Assembly (NCBI RefSeq): GCF_003704095.1 | Contig: NW_020847607.1 | Coordinates: forward strand, 248,001 to 312,000 | Reading direction: 5' to 3' | Source: Pocillopora damicornis | Lineage: Eukaryota | Length of the DNA: 64,000 nucleotides | Part shown: positions 50,101-61,405 of the stretch, piece by piece | Position numbering within the stretch: position 1 is the stretch's first letter | Layout: every line of letters begins with the position of its first letter | Notes under the pieces: model-generated | The model's input: the letters and a program-made list of their open reading frames with translations, nothing else | What the model was told of the DNA's origin: nothing | Database searches by the model: none | Position numbers and translations under genes: made by a program

Positions 50101-51664
50101 GTTGATGACAAAAAATAGAAGCAAGATAGAAAATGAGATTTTGTGCAAGCTCGAAAAGTCCGTTTCTACCAAACCCTCTCGACATTATTGACTTTTAGTG
50201 CGTGTTCAGTTTGGCGGGAAAATCGTTTGAACAAAGCAATGTGTCTATCATCGATATGACTTGATTCGAGTTGATGCAAGCGAAGAAAAGTTCACGATCA
50301 GATCAACCGTCCGTTGTAAAACGTTTTTTTTTCCTTTTCTAACGTTTTTGATACTATCTAAAGAAGTATGAAATAATAAAGCTGGTATGAAATAATTGTT
50401 GACAATTTAGCATTTTGCTCTTACTTATGACAAAAGAGCATTTTCATAAAACTTAAACATGATCAGAGAACTAAACTGCACTTAACACCACGCTTGCATT
50501 TTGTAACACGCGCGTGAAGCACGCACATTACAAAGTCGCCTTAATTACATCACATTCACTTAAGGACAGCACGATTCTCTTCTAAAAGCTTATCGTGCAT
50601 ACGGTACATAAAAAGTTTTAGAATACTTTTATCAATCAGCTACTAAAATTCTTTTATATTGGTAACAACTTACAGAAAGCTGAAGAGTTTACAGAGTGAC
50701 TTCGAGTTCGCGTGGGTCCCAGATTTTTACCACATAAGTCCGAAAAATGGCTGTTACAAAGGCAAAAGCTCGTTAAGCGATAAAAGGCCGTGCATGTTAT
50801 ATTGATTGATCGTAAGATGTGAGAATCTAGAATACCTATTTAAAATGCGTTCAGGTAATTGGTTAAAATCGTGTCGCGCAACAACAAAAGTTTTGTTAAC
50901 AAAGTTTCACTGTTTGATCATGTTTCTCTAAAAGTGCGAGAATATTAGCATCAAACTATGTCTAAGTGCGAGAATATTGATACATAAAAGTTTGAGAGAG
51001 GCCTAAATTTGTTCTAAAAAGTTTCGAAAATCATATCTTGACCTAGAAACCGTTCAATTTTCAATATAACTGTACAAATCAAATGATTTCGGGAAAGTCT
51101 AACACAATTATATGAGATGCAAATACGTCTCGCTGTTTTATGCTAATTTAAATCTATTGTATCTCCGATCATCCGCATCGCCCAATAATTGAAAATAAAA
51201 TCATGTCGAAAATCACTAACGACCCAAACGACTGGCTTAAGTCATCGCCTAGATTTCTCCTTCGCGGCCGTTTTTTGGAATGTCACGCAATGCTCTCTCT
51301 CTCGCGGTAGGTGAGGGAGCTTGCATGACATCCTTAGCGGCTGCGAAGTTTACTAGAGTCTTTCCATAATCTCAGAAATTGGGACCATTGGTTAATGATC
51401 CATGTGATCATGTGGAAAACAAGTTTTAGCCATCTCTCCCTGCGTTTGGCGTGTAATGTTTTGGTCCGATTTCCAATGCACCTTCTCTGAGCCAGCAGAG
51501 AACTCCATGTTTGAATGTACCAGGTTCTTGTCTACTCGCACAGTATCGCATCAAGAAACCCGAGGAACTAAGAATCTTAATCCTAGAGGGTAACTCAATT
51601 TATTCTTCCTCCTACGCTTGTTTCGTAACCATAAGGGCGAATACTAACGAAGAAAAATCAAACG

Positions 51665-52090
51665 TAATTAGCTTATATCCAATTTAGATTTCTCCCTCCG
51701 ATTTCGAGCACTTAAGTTTGTTTCAGACATCTCCTCCAATTTCAGATTGATCCGTGCCATTTGGACGGCTCTGCGCAATTTAGTCCGTTTCTTCCAGTTC
51801 CGGTTGGTTCCGCTCGACTTCAGACGGGTTCTGTCCGTTTTCGAACGGTTGCCTCCAATTGCGGTTCCGCCCTATTTCGGACTGAAAGCGGCGTCAGCTC
51901 ATGGAAAGTTCCGTCCGACTTCGGACTGTTGTACTTGGATTCGGACATTTCTGCTGGATTTCGAATACTTCCGTACGATTTCATATTCTTCCATTCAATT
52001 TAGCAATATTCTGTCCAATTTAGCACACTTCCGTCTTATCTTAGACGCTTCTGTGTAACATCGAACGGATCCTTTCGACTTCGGGACTGT
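51665..52090 (-). repeat. Degenerate tandem array of the 20-bp palindromic unit, reverse orientation
   Basis: tccgatttcgga-like cores at about 20-bp spacing (51814, 51834, 51854; 51955, 51975, 51995, 52015, 52035). Confidence 0.8.
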
Positions 52091-52985
52091 TGCACACACT
52101 ACTGTCTAAGCACAGAAACTCTGTAGCGAATGAGAAATGATTTGAAAACGGAAATCGGGACTTAAAAAAAATATTATTACCATCGACAGATTGTCTAGTG
52201 CAATAGACCTAGACTTGACGTCTAAAATTGACATCTAAGAGTTTAATTCCGTGAAAAGGAAGAAGAGAAAATAAAACTTTTACCAATTGCACGTAGAGCT
52301 CAACTGATCGCCCCATACGCTCATGAACAGGTATTTTAAAAGCTTCCATGATATATTGTCCTCAGGTTCTTTTCTTTACTCGTCAGTGGCTTCTTCTTAA
52401 ATTTTTTGGAAGCCTTCATTTGTTTATGAATCAACTTAGTCCATTTGCTGTACATCTGTTCAGTAATAGATCACAGATGACGTCAAACGGCGACAAGAAT
52501 AAAAAAGTAACACACCAGGCGCAGCCAGGTGTGTCACTGAAGTTCTTATGATCTATTGCTGGAATCTACTTGTTTTAGGTAATAAAGAAGCTAAAAATGG
52601 TCATGGTGACGTCATTTATACCTCTTTCCTTCGATAGCTCACTCGCAAGAACCAATTAAAATGTGTGTATAATTTACCTTATTACAAAAATAAATTTAAT
52701 TTTGAGCCAGAAAACACTCCGCATGCTGATCGACCTATTGGAAAGAGGATATTATTGTTGTATGACGCAAGCGCTCATATGTTTCCATGCTGTCGTGTGT
52801 TTGTTCAGCAACAGATCACAGACGGCGTCAAAGTGTGGTTGGAACTAAAAAAAAATGTCCCTCGACGCACAGCTGAGTGTGACGATAATGTTCTTACCGA
52901 GGGTAAAGTTGTTTAGAAAATAATCAGAAGGTAAACGAAAATCTGCTCGATTTCGAACGAGTTGGAGTGAGCGAGGGTTCGAGTT

Positions 52986-53170
52986 TTCGCAGCTAGGTCG
53001 AACTACGTATGAAGGAAGTCCAGCGGAAATCGATTTTAGTTTGATTTAACTGGGGTGTGATTTATCGGGTGTCGATTGTTCGCAGCTAGGTCGAACTACG
53101 TATGAAGGAAGTCCAGCGGAAATCGATATTAGTTGAGATAACTGGGGTGTGATTTATCGAGTGTCGATTG
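52986..53170. repeat. Tandem duplication, two ~93-bp units
   Basis: 52986-53078 and 53079-53170 are nearly identical. Confidence 0.9.
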
Positions 53171-54253
53171 TGTTCAGTTCATTGCAATAGGGGTTTGTTA
53201 TACATTGGTCAATTAAAACCATACCCTCCTATCCCCGGACAAGGCGGGGAGTTAACGCAGTCGTGCCCGGGTTTTAATACAGAGGCAGCATAATCCCACT
53301 GGCACAGGAAGTGCCCGACTAATCCCCAGCCGCCTTCAAAGCGCGGGCACACCGAAGTGGGCAAGACGACTTGAAACAAGTCAGCAAGGGCATGGGGAAA
53401 TAATTCCCACATGACCGCAGTGGTGGGGCATTTTAGCAGGGATTCAGTAATGATCCATATTGGAGATAGCTCCAGTGGTCTACAGCCCGTCTTTAGAAAA
53501 TAAAAGGCCAGATTGGGCCGTCTTCCTTTATGTCTTCAGCACACTTTGTTGTTGTTGTCGGAGTTTTACTTTTATTCTCTGTATCAAATTGCTTCCTTTT
53601 TCAATTAAGGGTCTCCGTCTTGAAACCTTTCCTCTTTTGTAAAGCTACTACTACTGTTGGTTCAATTTTCATCAGTAATCACAGGAAGAAATAACTCGGT
53701 GATGGGATTTTAACTGACGATGTGTCCCTATACCAAGGAAGAATTTCTGTCCTAAACACTGCGTAAATGTTTTTAAAATTCTCCGCCTCGTTCCAGGGGG
53801 CCGACAGCAGGGGCGGAGTTTCAATTGACTTCTCTCAGTATTGACGTTGGTGGTTATAAATTTTCTCAAATCACAGGAAGTCGATCGAGAGGAGTCTGTC
53901 ATGCTTTAGAGAACTTCAGAGGTCGAAAAAAAAAAAAAATGAGCGTCCTTTATTGTCAGTAAACAGTTTGGGCTCCTGCCAAGACGGAAAACATGCGATA
54001 AACAGGAAGAGCTTGGAGAGGTTATCTTACATACTTGAGTGACTAGTACAATCCCCACTCTTCCATTCTGATGTGTAACCGCTGAAATCCGGATGCAGCG
54101 TATAAATATTGACAGCGCGGTCGAAGGGAAGATCTCAAATTGCACTTAATCTCGTCATAGGATTAACATAGTATAATATTCGTTTTCTTTGGTTTTCGCT
54201 CTACAGTGGAAGTACTAAGACATCGTTTTACTTCGCGTTGAACAAAGGTGAAG

Positions 54254-57200
54254 ATGACTTCAGTATTGAAGCGAGCTTCCAAGAAGAGCAAGCCTCAAAC
54301 TCAAGGTAGGCGAAGTTTGATCTGCAGATGTCGCAAACTGGCGCGGTATATTTGGGTTAAATGTTGTATTGCGTCTTTGATTCGCCAGCACTTTCCGCTT
54401 AGACTAAGGTTTATTTCGTTGAATAGAAAGTGGAACAGGAAAAACATGGCTTCATCCAGCCGAAACTTTGCAGCAAGGATCTGTAGTTTATTCTGTCAAG
54501 GTAGGATGGCCTGTGATTGTTTCTTCAGACTAATATTGAAGGTGTCAAAATCTATTCCCAAGGCCTCTAAATGCGTTTTATCATGGGGTTTTCTGAAACA
54601 TATTGAAGACAAAATTAACCTATCAAAGGAAATTTATTCAGCAGACATTTCGTACGCAAAAGGTTAGAGAGTAGAATCAATAAAATTCGTCCCGTCTTGC
54701 TCTTTAATCAAGTGTTGTGGAATTCGCGATCACAGAAAGTTCAAATGCTGTTTTAGACAACCACGAGGCATTAGCTTGTGTTCATCTCCAGTTCTTTTAA
54801 CAAACAGATCTTGTTTCCATTCAAAACACAGCCTCCGCAGTTTTAGTGAAAGAAACTGTCTTCATTCAAAGTAACAAAGTCGCCCAATTAGGCCCAAAGG
54901 AACAATAAATTTACTCTCCCCGGAAATTGCCTGCTTGAGAACCGTTTTCTCCTGCCTCTGATTAGTTGTTCACAAACTGTCGATGTTTTTGCCTTTTCTG
55001 AAGTTTAAGCCGAAGGTTAAACTGTTCGTAATCGTTAAAGACGCATTTTTCTCTCAAAGGTTCTTTCGTAAATTATTTTTGAATTAGTGCTGGTTGATTT
55101 ATTTTAAACATAATATAATCGCACAATGCACTAAAACTTATCCGACAACATACTGAGTCAACTTAATAGGTCGCGGAAAATTGAACCCTGGAGTGAAAAT
55201 TGAGAATGCCAGTCCACCGGGAACCACTGGCAGGGAATCTTGGTAAAATGGCAAATGATTTCCATTTGGTTTGAGTCATTCATGTACAATTATGTTATAG
55301 TTTGAGGGGTTGTAACTTACTCAACAGTGGTATAGTTAATTAACATTCAACTTTATTGTGTTTTTGTTACTTTCAACGCGAGTACTTTGAGAAGAAAGAG
55401 CTCTCAGCTCAAAATAGCTCAAGTCTCAAGAAATAGTTTTGAAATTATATTTTGACTCACGATGGGAAATATATTTAATTTTGTTCTTAATTTGACAGCC
55501 CTATTTATTTTCACGCGTCAAGTGAAGAAAGTAATTGTGTGCAAGGTCGGCCAGATTGTTTATTAATGATTATGTAAACTCGCATTCTCTCGTTCAGCTT
55601 TTGGGGCATACAGATGTACCCCAAGCAAAAGGGACAGACATTGTTAGGGAAGCCATCAAGAAAGTCAAGGTAATTGATTTATGGAGAAAGATAGAATAAT
55701 CCTCTGCGGAAAGCTGTAGCCAAATATCACAATGGGTAGCCTTAACTGGCAAATATGAATGTATACATGAAATTGTGTTAAATATTCCTAAACTTATGGT
55801 GAAAATTCAATATCAATATTGTCACAACAACAATATACAGACATCCACAAAGAAAATTGTGAAATCGAAATTTTTTCCCTCTTTCATATTTAAATGATAC
55901 AATGTACATCAGATCAGATGCCCAATATACTTTGATATTCAGCCAAATTCTTCCAACTGATCTTCAAGGGAACATAATGTGACTGTAAGGGAAAATTAAT
56001 AATCCAATATTGGGAGTTACATGCAAGGGGGTTTAAAGCTTGATGTATTGTTTGCAAGCAATGAATAGATTTTTTTTTGTTGGGAACTGTTACATTAACT
56101 TGCACATGTGCCTGGTTTATTTATAGAAAAAGTGCTGTCACTATTATTTCTGCCTAGATGCTAGATCAACTGATGAAAATAAACTTTATATGATAAAATT
56201 AAAAATGAAATGATCAAAAAGTATTTCATTTTGATTCGATGAATGACATAATTTCTGCAATTTTTAAGAACAAATAATTTTGAAGTTGTGGATTTTAGGG
56301 AACTCAATTTAATATATAACATCCAAAGGACCTAGCTGTTACATTAATACTTGTCCCATGAGACTTGTGACTTAAAAAAATAATGACATCTGAAATGTTT
56401 TTGTAATACAGTCAATGGCTTTGTTTAAGGAGTAACATTTAAATGAATGTATTGGGTGATCATCCTGATAGAGGAAGTCCAGGAAAGGACTGTTCTCTAT
56501 AATATCAACTAATTAAGCGAGTAATCATAACTATGACGAAATTCCAGATTGTGATCTGTTACTACCAACACAATCTGGGCACTGATAGGAAAGTGAATGC
56601 ATTATGCTTGTAATGGACAGAGAAAACATTACATGTGCATGCTCTGTTGCATATTTTTTGTTGAAACAACTGTTACTTTTTATGAAAATGTACAACTGAT
56701 GCCTACATTGTTTCTCAAATTCTGTCATAGTTTTGATTAATGGGTAGTAGGAGTTTTTGTTGTTAAATTCTGTTTGTAATCATATTGGTAATGAATGAGT
56801 TGAACTCCAGCTTTATGGTGATCTGATTTTGTTAATCACTTGTACAATAACATTGTAAACTTATGTATGGTCCCAAGGGAAACTGTTAGTTTGTTTCCCA
56901 AGAGTCCTGATGTTTCCAGAGACAAATTCGAGGGAAACATGAAGACTCTAGGGAAAACAAAACTTACTAGTTTCCAGAGGGACCATACATAAAGTGCTTT
57001 GTTATATATTTAGACTTCCCCTTAAAAAATCATATGGCAAAAACGTGTTGTTGTATTTGGTGCGTGGGCTACAACTGCAAAATTGTATCATGGTTGGGAT
57101 GCATTTGAATTTGGTCAGGCACATGACCAGGAATCAACCAACCACAGTGCTCATTTTGTTGAGTGACAGTCTAGGTACATAACAAAATGAGATGTACTCC

Positions 57201-58797
57201 ACATTGTCCTTTGAGCATCACAAATCTGAGTGGAGTTATAACTAGAGTCAAAGTTGTATGTTTAACAGGTTCTAAACACATGCAATTTGTGTGGTCATAA
57301 GGGTTGCAAGTCTATGGTGACAATGTGAATTTCATTAGTAAGCAATAATGTTGAAATTTTCATTACTTGTAGTTTGCAAATCATATCAAAAAGAGTGAAG
57401 CTGGTGTCAAAGGCAGTAAATTGAAAAAGGTTGAGATCAAGATATCCATCAACGATATCAAAGTAGAAGATGTCAAGACAAAGGTAACCTTGTTTTGCCT
57501 GTGTGTCTTTGTATCTGTGTTTTTCTGTATCTCTGTCTTTCACTCACTCTGTTATTATTTATTATATTTCTCAAATCATTCCTTTAAATTTTTACAGGAG
57601 GAGCTATACTCATACCCACTTCACCGTATATCCTATTGTGCTGACGACAAACGCGATAAGAAGCTGTTTGCTTTTATTGCCAAAGATTCTGGCCAACAGC
57701 ATCATAACTGCTATGTTTTTGAGTGCGAAAAAATGGTAAACAAGATCATGGTTCAAATTAAATGTGGTTTCACAATAGTTAGATAGACCATACATTGTGT
57801 ATATGTATATAAACATAGTGCCAACTCAGAAAAATCCCCAATTTTAAGAGGTAGTGCTTCATCATAGTATTCTGTGTCATTTATTGCAATGTCAAAAATC
57901 AGCTTGAACCCTTTCACTCTCGAGATCTCACCAGTAGTTCTCCTTACTGTCTGCCATACAATTCTTACAGTGCTAGTTCAGAGAATTTGGTATTGGATCA
58001 ACCAATATTCCATTAATTGATACTTTTCCTCATACTCATTGCTTGTACACTTGATATTGTTTTGATAATTTAAGGAGAAATTCTTTCTCAAAGGGTTCAT
58101 CTACAATTTTGATGTTAGTTCTGAGAATTTGGAGTTGAACCAACTAATAATTCCCTCGCTGTTATTTTTCTTTATTCCTATTAATTGTCTGTTTGATATT
58201 GTATAGATATGGTAAGGAGAAATTCCGTTTTGGTCACTCTTGGGAGTTAAAGGGTTAAGGCAAAAGAGAACTTAAAAGACAGGAACTGGTGACTTTTGCT
58301 GCAAAATTTAGTCACCTGAAAATGTTTGCTATTGCTATGGCAAGCAAAATTCTGATTTTTAATCTAATGATGGGCATTTTTCTTCCTTTCAATTTCAAAT
58401 TGAAGGCAGAAGAACTCACCTTAACTGTAGGACAAGCTTTTGATCTGGCTTATCGAAGATTCTTGGAAAAGAAGGCTCTTAATGACAATTCAAAGAAAAA
58501 ACTTAATGAGATGGAAGAAAAAATCAAAACTGCTGAAGAAGAGAAAGAGGCATTGAAACAAAAAATTGCTGAACTAGAAATAGCTGCAAGTCAAGGCTCA
58601 GGGCCCCCTTCAAGTAATGGAAGTAATGAGGTAAGGTGTTTTATTTTTTTTCCCATAATTTAAATGTAATAATAATTGTTGTAATTTGAGTATTACCTTT
58701 CTAACTTCCTGCACATTGTCAGTCATTTTAAGAAAGGCTGAAAGTGACCTATAAACCAATACTATACATTCAAGAAAAATTAGTTTGCTTAATTGAT

Positions 58798-58834
<37 letters not shown>

Positions 58835-61405
58835 TTTTAAAAATAATTTGGGAAATAGGCTGGGTATTTATCTCTGGAGAATGTCTTATTTGAGGTTGTA
58901 TAATATTTAGGAGAAGAGAACAGACAAAGTCAGCTTATAGTAATACTGCCTTCTTTTTTTTTTTTTTTTTTTCAGTGAAAGGTTCATTATGTAGTACCCA
59001 CTGACAATTGTATTTTAAGAGTTAAATTAAAGGAAGGTTCTGATCTAAAAGGGATCTTTTAAGTGTTTATGTGTTCACTGGTTTTGAGTTTCTCAGTGAT
59101 AGTTTGAGAGTTCAGGGTTAGGTTTAGGAAATCTGAAGATCTTAGGTTCAATTCCTGATGGGAACTCAAGAGTTTTTTCTTTGTCCCATGCTTTTGACAC
59201 GAAGAACCACAGCCTTCTTCAGTTTAAGAGCTCTGTAAATCCTGAAGATCCCTTCATCAATTGTTATTATTGCTTTCTCAGGGTAACAGGAGCCAGTCTG
59301 ATCCAGATGAATTTGATCTCTTGGGTAGTTTCAGTTCTTCTTCTGTGATGCCCATTTCACCGCTACAAGACACAGCACCTGTTTTCCCTCAGGATTCAGC
59401 CAGTCAAGACATATTCTTTGATCCTTTTGCACAAATACTGCCATCTCAGCCTCAAACAGCTGCTCCTACATCACCTGACGTAGATGAATTGTCACCATCA
59501 CCTGTGAATCCATCTGTACCCAGACCAGCAACTGGGGGAGTACTGCCAGTTGCTCTTCCTCCTCCTCCAACCAAAGAAAGTGTCAAAGCAGCCAATCGAA
59601 TGAAAACAAACAGTGGTAGCGCAGCTCCAGTCATGTCACCCACAGCTATGTCACCCCTACCACAAGTAGAATCACCACCAGTTTCTCAGTCAGCACCTTC
59701 AGATGGTGAGAAGATCTGTTGACCTTTTAGCCCCTGTGATCTGATTTTTAATTCTCTCCTCTAGCTGCTACACATTTCTTGTCATTTAGTAACGAGAATT
59801 TAGTTTTAGATCAAGATAACAATTCTTTCTGATACATTTGAGCATTCTCATTACCTGATGGTTGGGTAGTGTATGGATGTTATAGAGAGAAGTTATATGT
59901 CAATCACTTGTGGTAGTTGAAAGGTTAACAACTGGCCCTGGTTGTTGCAAGGGTGTCTGATCAAGTTCATTCTGTATGTGGAAATGAATGCAAAAGAGCT
60001 GACATTACTGGAAAAAGTGTTTTCTGGAACTTCTGTTTATATACTCTATTGGCCCCCAGCAGTGATGGAGAAATACTTTCTCCCTACAAAATCAATACAG
60101 TATCAAGCAGACAAGTGATGAGAAGTTAGAAAAATATCAATTAGTGGATTATTGTTTGATCTAATAATAAACTCCCAGAACTAAATATATAAACAGGAGA
60201 GTTACTTGATAGATCTTCAGAGTGAATGAGTATTCAATCTAATAGCTAATTTTGAGGACCACAAGCTATCAGAATTGAGATGGAGAGTTCAGTATAGTAC
60301 TTATACATACAATTCTGAAATCTGTGATTCACCCTGTTCACTCTAGTACAGACAATGTGCTACTTTAATTTTTACAGTTTTGGATACTGTCATAAAAGAT
60401 TTAGGGCTGTGTTATAGTTTAATTATTTTCTTGTTACCTCAGATCTACTACAACTGAGTAGTGGCCACTCAGCTAATCCATTCTCCAGTGGTCTTAATGG
60501 CGCTGATCCATTTGCAGATGATGATCTGTTTGATCCTTTTGCTTCTAAGAACAACTTCTTTGACAGTGGGAAGGAGATCAATCAAAATTTACCGGTTTGT
60601 TTTTCAACCTTAACATACATATACTCTGTACCTATAACATAGAAATTCATTACCAATTACACTATCGACATTGCTAATCCTAGCAGTGTGCAGGACACAT
60701 ATCATATGAGCTTTGTAATAGACCTCGCTCACTGTAGAGTCTCTGTGGCTCAGTGGTAGAGCATTGGAGCATGGAATCTGACAGTCTGAGGTTTGATTCC
60801 TCATGGGGACTCAGAATTTTTTTCTTTGTCCCAAACTCGTCACAGGATGAAAAACATCTTTCTTGACAGAGAAATGCTTCTTATGAACAAGTTTGAGTCC
60901 TGTACAGGCTGCTAAATGGACTAATTATAGTGCACATGCTAACTGAAAGATATGATAAACATTGTTAAATTAATATTTAACTATATATGGTTTGCACTCA
61001 ACCTTCAGAGACTTAAATTCAATCAGGCAGTCAACAGACTTGCATTCCAAAGAACAGAGGGTTCAGAATTAACAATATTCAAGAAAAAAGAGTGCGCATC
61101 TGTTATTGAGTGAAAACAATTGCATTTTTCATGTAACATGAGTGCAAAGTTGCAACATAAGTACAAATTACAAATAGCACATATGCACTGCCAAAAATTT
61201 TGTTCATCTTGATGTTCTGTGATTTGTTTATGTAAATTATGTACAAGTGACAACATGATTGCTTGTGCAATTTTTGTTGTCTTTGAAAAATTTACTTGTG
61301 CTTATTAACACCAAATTGCACTCAAAATCATACTGTTACCTATACGTACTTTTATGTGTCTTGTCCCCACAGAGTGCATTTCCAAGTGACCTAGTCCTTC
61401 ATTAG
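54254..61405 (+). CDS. GULP1: PTB domain-containing engulfment adaptor GULP1/CED-6, 9 coding exons, 426 aa
   Basis: Exons 54254-54305, 54427-54500 (KTWLHPAETLQQGSVVYSVK), 55598-55669 (LLGHTDVPQAKGTDIVREAIKKVK), 57373-57483, 57598-57735 (YPLHRISYCADDKRDKKLFAFIAK), 58406-58630 (AEELTLTVGQAFDLAYRRFL plus coiled coil), 59282-59705 (Pro/Ser-rich), 60443-60594 (NPF/DPF), 61373-61405 (stop). All GT-AG, in phase, 1281 nt. Confidence 0.93.
57905..58258. mobile_element. Composite TTAA-MITE with internally duplicated body
   Basis: ttgaacccttt start, aaagggttaa end; the tacaatt..gttagttc.gagaatttgg segment occurs twice. Confidence 0.65.
58798..58831. repeat. poly(G) tract
   Basis: About 34 consecutive G. 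Confidence 0.9.
59719..59928. mobile_element. TTAA-MITE family copy just inside GULP1 intron 7
   Basis: ttgacctttta start, gaaaggttaa end; body resembles other copies. Confidence 0.6.
60660..60864 (+). mobile_element. tRNA-derived SINE
   Basis: A box TGGCTCAGTGG and B-box-like GGTTTGATTCC; partial copies at 30175-30402, 36415-36510 and 59130-59220. Confidence 0.7.

Noticed and set aside
11800-52090. Single 40-kb transposon bounded by the inverted 20-bp arrays
   Set aside because: No terminal inverted repeats or TSD outside the arrays and no transposase; the enclosed genes are ordinary host genes.
54248-54667. 139-aa ORF as a single coding exon
   Set aside because: Only 54254-54305 is in the GULP1 frame; the true second exon (54427-54500) lies in another frame.
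43044-58831. Long poly(C) and poly(G) tracts as functional G-quadruplexes
   Set aside because: Homopolymer lengths near 34 are unreliable in short-read assemblies; the poly(C) is absent from the sister DNase intron.
60744-60820. tRNA gene
   Set aside because: Has A/B boxes but no convincing cloverleaf and is embedded in a multi-copy SINE body.
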